From sequence record SRR22947725_384: 48,440 nt of DNA; one strand, written 5' to 3'. Below are positions 27,793 to 36,299 of the stretch, in pieces. The notes below the pieces were generated by a model. It made no database searches and had not been told where the DNA came from. It worked only from the letters and a program-made list of their open reading frames with translations. Positions within the stretch are counted from its first letter, which is position 1. Each line of letters starts with the position of its first letter. The translations under genes were made by a program, and so were the position numbers.

Positions 27793-29097
27793 ATGATTGT
27801 ATCAGATGCCCATAACTTTGCATCTCGTTTATCTCGTAACATGGAAGAAATCCAACGAGAAAGACAGATGTACATCGAAAAACTATCCTCAGGCAAAAAA
27901 GTTGAGAAATCAACTGATGACGCCGGTGCTTTGTCTAACAAGATAAAGCAGGTGAGCGAACAAAAGAGACTCAAAGCGGTTAATCGAAATTTACAAAATG
28001 CCAAATCATACCTCGAGGTCCGAGATAGTGCACTTACAAGCGTGCATAAAATTTATGACCGAATGGCACAGCTTTCTACAATGGCTATGGATGTTACAAA
28101 GAATGATTCCGATCGTGAAAATTATGAAAAGGAATTTCAGGAGCTTCGTGACGCTGCTTTAAAATTAAGTCGTGAGAAGTTTAATGGAATTAATTTGTTC
28201 AGGGATAAGTCCTACACCTTGGTGAATAAGAATGGGGCCATTAACTGGACTGACTCAAAAGCAGAAGTGGACGCATTGAATGCTTCTGATTCAAAAAATG
28301 AACATTATTTAGCAACAATTACCACAGAGCTAGAGCAGATTGAAATTGCATTCCAAATTGGCGATGTAGGAATCAATGCCTGGTTGGGTGGTCAAGACAT
28401 CGTGGAAAATGATTGGAGGTGGACGGAAGGCCCTGAAGGAAAAGCAAATGGTGGAACAGGTACCCCTTTTTGGAATGGTAAATTCATAGGCCATCCAACT
28501 GATGATGGGACTTTTGGTCCCGTTGATGGAATGTTTGAAAATTGGGGCAACCGAGAGCCAAATGGTGATTCGGAAGATTACCTGCAGATTAGTCAAGCTC
28601 CGCAACTCGACGGGACCAGAGGCGCTTGGAACGATTTAGGAAATACATCTTCCTCAAATCCAACTTATCAACCACTTGGTTACGTCCGGGAAACCGATCA
28701 AGGAAATCTAGTAGTAAATGATGATGTTGAAGGAGGTGGTTTTGAAATTGGAAACGCACTTTTTCAAAAATTTATCTTTAGTTCTATGATCAGTGTGGAT
28801 TCAATCGAAAATGCGAAAAAAGCATTAGGATCATTGGAAAATATTTTAACAGGAGTTTCTAACGCGAGAGCGATAGGAGGAGCCTCTTTATCAAGATTGG
28901 AAAAAGAAATAACAGCCAATGAAAACCTTTCCATGGAAACAGAAAAATCCCTATCCCGTATCGAGGATGTTGATATGGCAATCACGGCAAGCAGGCTGGC
29001 CCGGGCGGAAATAAAGATGCAGTCCACAACCGCTATATTTGCACAGGCTAACAAATTATTTAACCAAAGAAATTATGTGGATGAGTTACTATCTTAA
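27793..29097 (+). CDS. Flagellin-family protein with a C-type lectin domain in the variable region
   Basis: Flagellin N-terminus 'EKLSSGKKV..STDDAGAL..NRNLQNAKSYLEVRDSAL..RMAQL..KFNGINLF'; C-terminus 'RAIGGASLSRLE..SRIEDVDMA..AQAN'; central 'W..LATIT..EQ..AWLGG.D..WRW..NW..EPN..EDY..WND'. Confidence 0.9.
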   Translation: MIVSDAHNFASRLSRNMEEIQRERQMYIEKLSSGKKVEKSTDDAGALSNKIKQVSEQKRLKAVNRNLQNAKSYLEVRDSALTSVHKIYDRMAQLSTMAMDVTKNDSDRENYEKEFQELRDAALKLSREKFNGINLFRDKSYTLVNKNGAINWTDSKAEVDALNASDSKNEHYLATITTELEQIEIAFQIGDVGINAWLGGQDIVENDWRWTEGPEGKANGGTGTPFWNGKFIGHPTDDGTFGPVDGMFENWGNREPNGDSEDYLQISQAPQLDGTRGAWNDLGNTSSSNPTYQPLGYVRETDQGNLVVNDDVEGGGFEIGNALFQKFIFSSMISVDSIENAKKALGSLENILTGVSNARAIGGASLSRLEKEITANENLSMETEKSLSRIEDVDMAITASRLARAEIKMQSTTAIFAQANKLFNQRNYVDELLS

Positions 29098-30308
29098 GGA
29101 ACTATTGTAAAGACTACCCCTTGTTTCACATTTTGCCATCTTTGAAAATCGGCTGAAAAGATAGCTCTTTTTTCATCGAGTTGACTTTTTACAGATTTTA
29201 ATAATTTGAAGCGTGGATGAAGCGAGTGAATATCGTTTTTCATCATTTCTAAATCCAAAAGTTTTTTTTGTAGTTGTATTTTTTGCTCCAAAGCAGTTCT
29301 CGATAATTCTTTAATATGCTCTATTCCCATTGCGAGTTCTTGATTAAGTGAGGCTTTTAATTTTGTCAGATTTTTAGTAACTTCTTTTTTCAAAATCGGT
29401 TCCAAATCTTGATTAACAAGCATTCTTTGTAATCGATCAATACTGGTAAGAAATTCTTCTACAGATCCAAAAGTAGATAGTTCGTTGATGGTAAGATATT
29501 CATTTGGATCTTTCTTACTGAGATGAATTTTTTCGATTTCTAAGAGTGCGGCAACATACGAATTAATTTCGTTTGTGGTCTGTATGAGTTCAGAACGGAT
29601 CGCGATTTCTTCGATCGATTGGCTTGAGCTGTTTTCATTTTCCTCTTGTATTTGTTCGGCCAATTGTAATTGATTTTGCTCCAACATTGTAATTTCCTTT
29701 CGTTGCTTGAGTAACTTATTCACAAGTGGTTTATCTCTTGATTCTTGTCCTAGATCTCTCTTGTAGGTGTCAATAATCGCTTTAGCGAGGAGAGTGGATG
29801 CTTTGCTCGAGTGCCCCCGGACTGTTAATAACAACTGATTCTTGGCCTTAATCTCTAAAGCAATTGAGTAGAGTGATTGCAAAATTGCAGATTCGGGTTC
29901 TGAAAAAAAATCATTTATAAAAGGACTAAAAATTAGTTCCTTTGCTGTTGGGTTTTTATCTAGAGTTTCCAAAAGCGAGGCAATAAAAGTATCCCCCTTA
30001 ATGGCTTCTTTGTGCATATGGGCGAGATTGGAATTCTTATGCAATACCTCAAGGATTATTTTTGTTTCTGCCCAGGCGTTTGATTTTTCCAAATGGGCAC
30101 TTTCTTGCAGGAACGGGGTGGAAGAGTTCATCTCATTCTTTTCCGTAATCTGCTCTTTTAATGCGATGAAGGAATCTTCATATGCAAGGGCAGAATCTTT
30201 TTCGATTTGGTCGTAATAAAAGCCAACCCCAAAAACAGTTAAAGTAATCAATATAAGCAATACGCTTTGCCACGGATGCATGAGAATAGTAAAAAAAACA
30301 TTTAGCAT
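29094..30308 (-). CDS. Membrane-anchored coiled-coil protein, GumC/Wzz-like periplasmic region, no kinase domain
   Basis: N-terminal TM helix; 'NQLLLTVRGHSSKASTLLAKAIIDTY' resembles the Wzz/GumC strand-helix motif; long coiled coil. Confidence 0.5.
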   Translation of the reverse strand: MLNVFFTILMHPWQSVLLILITLTVFGVGFYYDQIEKDSALAYEDSFIALKEQITEKNEMNSSTPFLQESAHLEKSNAWAETKIILEVLHKNSNLAHMHKEAIKGDTFIASLLETLDKNPTAKELIFSPFINDFFSEPESAILQSLYSIALEIKAKNQLLLTVRGHSSKASTLLAKAIIDTYKRDLGQESRDKPLVNKLLKQRKEITMLEQNQLQLAEQIQEENENSSSQSIEEIAIRSELIQTTNEINSYVAALLEIEKIHLSKKDPNEYLTINELSTFGSVEEFLTSIDRLQRMLVNQDLEPILKKEVTKNLTKLKASLNQELAMGIEHIKELSRTALEQKIQLQKKLLDLEMMKNDIHSLHPRFKLLKSVKSQLDEKRAIFSADFQRWQNVKQGVVFTIVP

Positions 30309-30309
30309 T

Positions 30310-30379
30310 AATGCAACAAGTTATCACACCTCCAATGAAAGCCATCCTGGGTGGTTGCATTCGGTGGGGAGGTTGCATT
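30310..30379. repeat. Three copies of the 8-mer AATGCAAC/GTTGCATT between divergent genes
   Basis: AATGCAAC at 30310-17; GTTGCATT at 30354-61 and 30372-79 (direct pair with 18-nt period). Confidence 0.5.
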
Positions 30380-30420
30380 AGGTTGACAAAAGAATTTATT
30401 CAATTTTCCATGTAGTTGTT

Positions 30421-30954
30421 TTGGAAGAAGATCCTATCCCTTTTGACTTTTCAAGAAAGTTAACTGCATTGCAGAGACCCCTGTACGCCTACATACTTAC
30501 GCTTCTTCCGAATCGGACGGAGGCAGAGGATGTTTTACAGGAGACAAACCTCATTCTTTGTCGAAAAGCAAAAGAATATGACCCGGATGGGCATTTTCAA
30601 GGATGGGCATTTAACATCGCTCGGTATCAAGTGATGGGCCATATGTCAAAATTCAAGCGCAGTAAATTATACTTCAGCCCCGACTTGATCGAAAATCTCG
30701 CAGAGGAATCGGCTGATATAATACAGATGGACTTATCCCGGAAGGCACTGCAAATTTGCTATGAACTACTGCCAAAGCACATGAAAGCAATGGCGCAGTT
30801 ACGGTTTAGAGAGGATAAAAGTTTAAGTGAAATATCCGAGGCATTGAAACGACCTATGGGTTCTGTTTCGGCCACATTACATCGAATTCGTATCAATTTA
30901 ATTGCCTGCGTAAAAGAAAAAATTCCCTCCATAGAGGCAGAAATGGATTCATAA
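30421..30954 (+). CDS. ECF sigma-70 factor (Rhodopirellula/Verrucomicrobium type)
   Basis: 'LYAYILTLLP...AEDVLQETNLIL', 'FQGWAFNIARYQV', region 4 'SLSEISEAL...GSVSATLHRIR'; TTGACA at 30383. Confidence 0.92.
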   Translation: MEEDPIPFDFSRKLTALQRPLYAYILTLLPNRTEAEDVLQETNLILCRKAKEYDPDGHFQGWAFNIARYQVMGHMSKFKRSKLYFSPDLIENLAEESADIIQMDLSRKALQICYELLPKHMKAMAQLRFREDKSLSEISEALKRPMGSVSATLHRIRINLIACVKEKIPSIEAEMDS

Positions 30955-31038
30955 AAAGTCTTCTGCAAAAAGAAAGTCGAATTTTTTTGTAAGAAAATTC
31001 CGGTTGGTGCTAAGTACTTGTATACCAACTTTTATCCT

Positions 31039-32139
31039 ATGAGAACTTACCCCAATAAATTATCTGAGGTTGAATTGTTAACATCCAAGATTTTGGATGA
31101 TAATTTTACCGAAGAAGAACTACACCGATTAACTAGGCTGTTGAAGGAGAGTAAATCGGCACGAACGAGGTATTCAGAATTAACGATTCAAGATTCATTA
31201 TTGCATTGGGAGTCAGTAGATTATTTGGAAACCGCAAATTCGGGGAACGGTCGATCTTCAATTATTACTTTTCCCGTTATCACTTCAATTGCGGCAGCAA
31301 TAGTCGCATTATTTGGAGTATGGCGTTTTCACACGACCGATGTAAATCCTGGTCTGGATGCAAAAGAAGTCGCACTTTACACAAACCAAGCTTCTCCCGG
31401 CAAAAGTAATTTTCCGGATCTCACTTCTTTTCCAAACTTAACTTTTGAGCAATCTGACACCGCACAATCTTCCCCATCACTTAATTTACCGTTTAATTCC
31501 CAACTCGCCAGGTCGGTAGTCGCTCGAAATGATGCTGCATATGGAATAGAAATTCTGAGAAAAAATAAAAGTTTCGGAGTGGGAGGAGTCGTTGAATTTG
31601 CGAATGATATTTCCAGTTGGAAAAGAACGGAACATCTTTCAGTGCCTGCAGAGAATGGTATTTTACCAATGGAGGGGGAAGAAATGATAAAATTCTCCTC
31701 GATGAATGTAGATGTGCATGCACAAGTTGCTGAAATTTCGGAGACTTTACAAATCCTAGATGTAAGGGAGGTAAGCCAAGAAGACAAAGACATGACTGCC
31801 TATCTCCAGACCAGTTTGTATTTCAACAAAGGCGTGAGCATTGCCGGCGACTCCACAGAATTTGCACTCTCTTTCCATGCGATTGCAAGTGACGCGAATA
31901 ATGAAAATACTTCGATTGGGTATCAGGACTATTTACTAGATAGCGATGTGAATCCCTCCACTTGGGAGGAACTGAAAAAAGACTTCATGCTACCATCCGG
32001 AACCGAATTTGTAATCGTTTCTATGACTGCAAAAAAAGAAGGTCCTAATGCACTGCTTCCTGATATTGGAGGACACTATGCAGATGGGCTTTCGATCAAT
32101 CTCTTGATTGATCGAAAAGATACAATCGGACCGCTCTGA
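31039..32139 (+). CDS. Putative membrane anti-sigma factor with an extracytoplasmic beta-sandwich domain
   Basis: Directly downstream of the ECF sigma; 'EELHRLTRLL...ARTRY.....DSLLHW' N-terminus; single TM 'SIAAAIVALFGVW'. Confidence 0.75.
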   Translation: MRTYPNKLSEVELLTSKILDDNFTEEELHRLTRLLKESKSARTRYSELTIQDSLLHWESVDYLETANSGNGRSSIITFPVITSIAAAIVALFGVWRFHTTDVNPGLDAKEVALYTNQASPGKSNFPDLTSFPNLTFEQSDTAQSSPSLNLPFNSQLARSVVARNDAAYGIEILRKNKSFGVGGVVEFANDISSWKRTEHLSVPAENGILPMEGEEMIKFSSMNVDVHAQVAEISETLQILDVREVSQEDKDMTAYLQTSLYFNKGVSIAGDSTEFALSFHAIASDANNENTSIGYQDYLLDSDVNPSTWEELKKDFMLPSGTEFVIVSMTAKKEGPNALLPDIGGHYADGLSINLLIDRKDTIGPL

Positions 32140-32201
32140 TAAAAGCATAAAAATATTCGGTTGTTCTTGACAACGAACATGCCTGAGGAATGGTGAGGGG
32201 C

Positions 32202-33404
32202 ATGAAATTTCTTCTTTTTTTTCTCTTTTTGACCCAAGCATATGGGGGTACATGGCCAAATTTTGGCGGTCCTCTACGTAATCAAATTTCGGATGAGAAA
32301 GGATTAAAAACAGATTGGGAGGAGGAAGAGCCAAAAAGATTATGGGAACTTAATATTGGCCTCGGTTATTCTTCAGTAATAGAGGTGGGTGGGTTCGCTT
32401 ACACGCAGGGTCATTCAGAGGGTCGAAATACATTATATTGCGTTGAAGCGTTGACCGGTAAAGAAATTTGGCAACACAGTTATCCCTGTGAAAAAGCACC
32501 AAAGTTTTTTGACGGTGGGAGCCGTGCCACTCCCACAATAGCAAATGGAATTTTATACCTAGGTAGTCACGAGGGAGACTTTTATGCCTTAGATGCCAAG
32601 AGTGGCCAAATTTTATGGACAAAAAATTTGATAAAGGATTTTGATGGAAGGCGACCAATGTGGGGGTATTCTGGCTCTCCATTAGTAGTTAAAAGTAAGC
32701 TAATTCTAGAGACGGGTTCGGCGAATGGCTCATTAGTCTGCTTAGATGCCCAAAAGGGTGATGTGATTTGGAGGAGTGGGGAAAATGAGGCGGGATATGC
32801 TTCGCCCATGCTTAATTCAAAAAATGAAATTCTTATTTTTAATGAATTTGGGATTGTCAGTCACGAAATTCTCACAGGAAAAGTAATAAAATCGTATCAG
32901 CATAAGACCCGTTATGGAATCAACGCAGCACAACCAATGCTTTATGGAGATCGTATCCTGATCAGTTCTGCATATGGAAAAGGAGCTGCTTTGGTTGATT
33001 TTACAAAACGGGTTCCTACTGCAATATGGGAATCAGAATCTTTCTCATGTCAAATGGCGAGTTTGGTGAAAAAAGGGCAGTATGGCTTTGGAATACATGG
33101 GCAAGCGGGTGGGCGCTCTGAACAGTCAAAACTTTTTTGCATAGACCTGGCGACCGGTAAAGAGAAATGGAGTGAAAAAGGCTTCGGACTTGGTACAGTA
33201 CTTCTTGTACGGGATACGCTGGTCATTCTCAGTGATCGCGGAGAATTGTGTTTGGCGGAGGCAAATAACAGGCAATTTATCGAATTGGCTCGATTCCAAG
33301 TTTTATCAGGAAAAAATAATTGGACTCCTCCCACTTATCTAAATGGAAAGATGCATTGTCGAAATTCCAAAGGAAATTGGGTTTGTTTGAAGATGGGGGA
33401 ATAA
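32202..33404 (+). CDS. Secreted PQQ-binding-like beta-propeller protein
   Basis: Signal peptide, 'WPNFGGPLRN', repeated 'C/A-x-D-A-x-T/S-G-x-x-x-W' Trp-docking blades, 'WTPP'. Confidence 0.9.
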   Translation: MKFLLFFLFLTQAYGGTWPNFGGPLRNQISDEKGLKTDWEEEEPKRLWELNIGLGYSSVIEVGGFAYTQGHSEGRNTLYCVEALTGKEIWQHSYPCEKAPKFFDGGSRATPTIANGILYLGSHEGDFYALDAKSGQILWTKNLIKDFDGRRPMWGYSGSPLVVKSKLILETGSANGSLVCLDAQKGDVIWRSGENEAGYASPMLNSKNEILIFNEFGIVSHEILTGKVIKSYQHKTRYGINAAQPMLYGDRILISSAYGKGAALVDFTKRVPTAIWESESFSCQMASLVKKGQYGFGIHGQAGGRSEQSKLFCIDLATGKEKWSEKGFGLGTVLLVRDTLVILSDRGELCLAEANNRQFIELARFQVLSGKNNWTPPTYLNGKMHCRNSKGNWVCLKMGE

Positions 33405-33405
33405 A

Positions 33406-33873
33406 TTATGTATGATCGATCGGTAGATTTCTTTCTTCATTGATTCGCTCCGACAATCGAGTAAGCAATTCAAGGAAATGTTCTTTTTCATTGGAAGAAA
33501 GACAAGAAAGAGCCTCCGACTCCAATTTCTCCGCAATTTTTTTCCCTTTGTGGAATAAGGAACTCCCAAGTTTAGTTTGAAAAATATTTTTTTTCCTGTG
33601 GTCCGTTGCATTGGCTTTTCTTCGAACTAAATTTAATTGCTCCATTCTCTTCATTAAGCCGGCAATGTTATTCGAGTCAGTAAACATCAACTCGGCAAGT
33701 TTTACCTGCGATATTTGCCCCGCAGGAAATTCATGAAGCCAACGAAGGGCAATGTATTGATCGGGGGTAAGTCCTACCGTTTTTACCCGTTTCATAAAAG
33801 TACTGTTTAACTTATTCCAGCACTCTCTAAGAAGCGGAGGTAATCTTTTGGGTGTGTGAATGAGCGGTTTCAC
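33406..33873 (-). CDS. MarR-family transcriptional regulator
   Basis: 'GLTPDQYIAL', 'SQVKLAELM', 'RMEQLNLVRR....DHRK....T..G'; divergent from the 34-48 kb operon. Confidence 0.92.
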   Translation of the reverse strand: MKPLIHTPKRLPPLLRECWNKLNSTFMKRVKTVGLTPDQYIALRWLHEFPAGQISQVKLAELMFTDSNNIAGLMKRMEQLNLVRRKANATDHRKKNIFQTKLGSSLFHKGKKIAEKLESEALSCLSSNEKEHFLELLTRLSERINEERNLPIDHT

Positions 33874-33910
33874 CTTGAATTATAAAATAGTGTTTTTAGA
33901 CCTTCGGTAT

Positions 33911-33939
33911 TTGACAATATAGTACATACAAGTACTAAT
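33911..33939 (+). promoter_or_regulatory. Sigma-70 promoter of the operon with an overlapping palindromic (MarR-type) operator
   Basis: TTGACA at 33911-16; inverted repeat TAGTAC-N6-GTACTA at 33920-33937 covers the spacer and -10 region (TACTAAT). Confidence 0.65.
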
Positions 33940-33972
33940 TTAAAATAAATCCACATTAATCTGAATTATCCA

Positions 33973-36288
33973 ATGATTTATCAAATATTTACCACTTGCT
34001 TGATCTTTACTTTTCTTTCCAGTTGTTCTCCGGTTAGCAGTTCCAAGAGGGTTTCTAAGGAAGAGGTCAAAAAAACACTCACCATGGACCAGGATTGGCT
34101 TTTTTGGCGTGGGCCGGACGGAAGCGGAGTCTCTGAGCAGACCAATTTGCCTGATATTCTTAGTTTAGATGATGAATCTCTTTTGTGGAGCCACGAAATA
34201 CAAGGCGGTGGAGTACCCGTAATTGCTGGGGGTAGGGCATACCAATTCGGTTATTATGGGGTAGAAGAGGAGTTGAAGGAGGCCTTGGTTTGCTTTGATG
34301 CGGCATCCGGTGAAATTCTTTGGGAGCGTACTCATAGTGATTTCATAAGTGATATTGTTTATAATAGATATGGAGTAGGAGCCGCTTCGGTCGATCCTGC
34401 TACTGGAAATGTTTACTTCCAAACTAGTCCGGGATTATTAATTGGGTATGACTCGGATGGAAATAAGCTATGGGAGCGTTCATTAATGGAGGAGTTTGCC
34501 CGACTAACATTTCCTAATGGGCGGACAGGTGGGCCTTGCGTAGATGGAGATTTAGTGATCATTCACGCAATTACCGCTAATTGGGGCAAACAAGGACCTG
34601 CGCGGGATCGATTTTATGCATTTGATAAAAATACTGGAGATTTAGTTTGGTCATCGACTCCTGGAATTACCCCGAAAGACAGTTCTTTTTCGCCTTTAAC
34701 ATTTGAAGATTTGCCAAGTGGAAGAAGAGTCTTTTACAGTGGAACGGGTTGCGGACATGTGGTTTGCATCGATGCACGTACTGGACAGCCTTTGTGGCGA
34801 TTTCAGATGTCGTACGGAGGAGTCAATTCCGGAGTAGTGATTCACGAAAACTCTGTAATTGCGGTTCACGGTAAGGAAAATATTGATTCTTCCACCATTG
34901 GCAGAATGGTCGCGATTAAAAAACCCAAAAAACTTCCCTTGTTAAATGAAGAAATTCTAATTCTTGGAAAAGAGGATGAGGTTTGGAGGAATAATTCAAT
35001 GGAAGCATTTACGAGCACTCCAGTTTATAAAGATGATCGAGTCTATTCTACGATTAAACGGGGCGAACTCATTTGTTTAGATGCTGGTACAGGAGAAGAA
35101 ATCTGGACTTTAAAATTGGCACCCGATCAGGTTCATGCCTCCCCCGTTTGGGCGGATGGAAAACTTTTTGTTCCCATGTTTGACGGTCAAGTTTCAGTAG
35201 TGAAGGATACGGGTCAGGAAGGCGTTATATTAAGTCAGGTTCAACTTGATGGTTCGTGTTTAGCGGGTCCGGCAGTGGCGCACGGGCGAGTATTTGTTCA
35301 ATCCAAAAAAAGACTTTATTGCTTTGGTTCTAATAAAGTCGCTCCTGCATTTATTTCCCATCAATCAGAAAAAGAACTCAGCAGTCAAAAAGCCGTTTCC
35401 TTGCAAGTAATTCCTGCAGAGTTTGCGCTTAAGTCAGGAGATTCACTCGCCTTTAAGGTTTTTTCTTTGAATGAGAATGGCCAAAGAATTGCTGAAATCA
35501 AAGAGGGCTTAAGTTGGGCAAAATGGATACCGCCAACTGCAAAAGTTCAATCTAAAGTAGATGCAGAAATAAGGCCTAACGGAATCTTGGTAGCCGAAAA
35601 GGATGCCACGCTTTCTGCAGGTGCTATTCGGGTAAGTAAGGGTGACTTGCACGGGGTTACTCGAGGCCGGATCCTACAGGACTTACCCTATGAAGAAAAT
35701 TTTGAGGAAGGATTTTCATTAACCCAGAAAAGTTCGGACCAAATCCCATTTTCTTATGCTCCCCTTGCCTGGCTTGGAGCAAGAATGAGATGGCAGGTAC
35801 AGGAGCTATCAGGAAATTTAGTGGCCGGTAATACTTTGGATCGAATTTTATTTCAACGGGCTATTAATTTTGTTGGGCATAAGGATATGAATAATTATAC
35901 TGCTGAAGCCGATGTTATGACAGATGGGGATCGTCGTATAAAATCAAATATTGGGTTAATTAATCAGCGTTATATATTTGCATTGATTGGAAATGGGCAA
36001 AAGTTAGAAATTATTTCAAACTACGATCGATTTAGGCATTCCGTCCCGTTTTCTTTTAAGACAAATATTTGGTATACACTAAAAACCCGGGTTGACATTC
36101 TCGAGGATGGAACGGGCATGATTCGGGCTAAAGCTTGGCCAAAATCGGCCGAAGAACCAGACCAATGGACTATCGAGGTGGCACATGAAACTCCCCACTT
36201 ACAAGGTGCTCCAGGTGTTTATGCAATGTCACCTCAGAGTAAGAAGAAGGTATATTTCGATAATTTGTCTATCCGCTATAACAATTAA
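33973..36288 (+). CDS. Lipoprotein: PQQ-like beta-propeller plus Ig-like and ConA/LamG-like C-terminal domains
   Basis: Lipobox 'FLSS-C'; 'WLFWRGPDGSG'; Trp-docking blades; beta-rich C-terminus ending 'VYFDNLSI'. Confidence 0.85.
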   Translation: MIYQIFTTCLIFTFLSSCSPVSSSKRVSKEEVKKTLTMDQDWLFWRGPDGSGVSEQTNLPDILSLDDESLLWSHEIQGGGVPVIAGGRAYQFGYYGVEEELKEALVCFDAASGEILWERTHSDFISDIVYNRYGVGAASVDPATGNVYFQTSPGLLIGYDSDGNKLWERSLMEEFARLTFPNGRTGGPCVDGDLVIIHAITANWGKQGPARDRFYAFDKNTGDLVWSSTPGITPKDSSFSPLTFEDLPSGRRVFYSGTGCGHVVCIDARTGQPLWRFQMSYGGVNSGVVIHENSVIAVHGKENIDSSTIGRMVAIKKPKKLPLLNEEILILGKEDEVWRNNSMEAFTSTPVYKDDRVYSTIKRGELICLDAGTGEEIWTLKLAPDQVHASPVWADGKLFVPMFDGQVSVVKDTGQEGVILSQVQLDGSCLAGPAVAHGRVFVQSKKRLYCFGSNKVAPAFISHQSEKELSSQKAVSLQVIPAEFALKSGDSLAFKVFSLNENGQRIAEIKEGLSWAKWIPPTAKVQSKVDAEIRPNGILVAEKDATLSAGAIRVSKGDLHGVTRGRILQDLPYEENFEEGFSLTQKSSDQIPFSYAPLAWLGARMRWQVQELSGNLVAGNTLDRILFQRAINFVGHKDMNNYTAEADVMTDGDRRIKSNIGLINQRYIFALIGNGQKLEIISNYDRFRHSVPFSFKTNIWYTLKTRVDILEDGTGMIRAKAWPKSAEEPDQWTIEVAHETPHLQGAPGVYAMSPQSKKKVYFDNLSIRYNN

Positions 36289-36299
36289 TTTAAATCTCT

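Noticed and set aside
30178-30378. ORF beginning MQPPHRMQPPRM
   Set aside because: The peptide repeat merely reflects the intergenic DNA repeat, and the ORF overlaps the GumC-like gene out of frame.
31013-31023. 11-bp match (AGTACTTGTAT) to the reverse complement of the putative MarR operator, upstream of the anti-sigma gene
   Set aside because: Covers only about one half-site plus the spacer; a match of this length is plausible by chance in 48 kb of AT-rich DNA.
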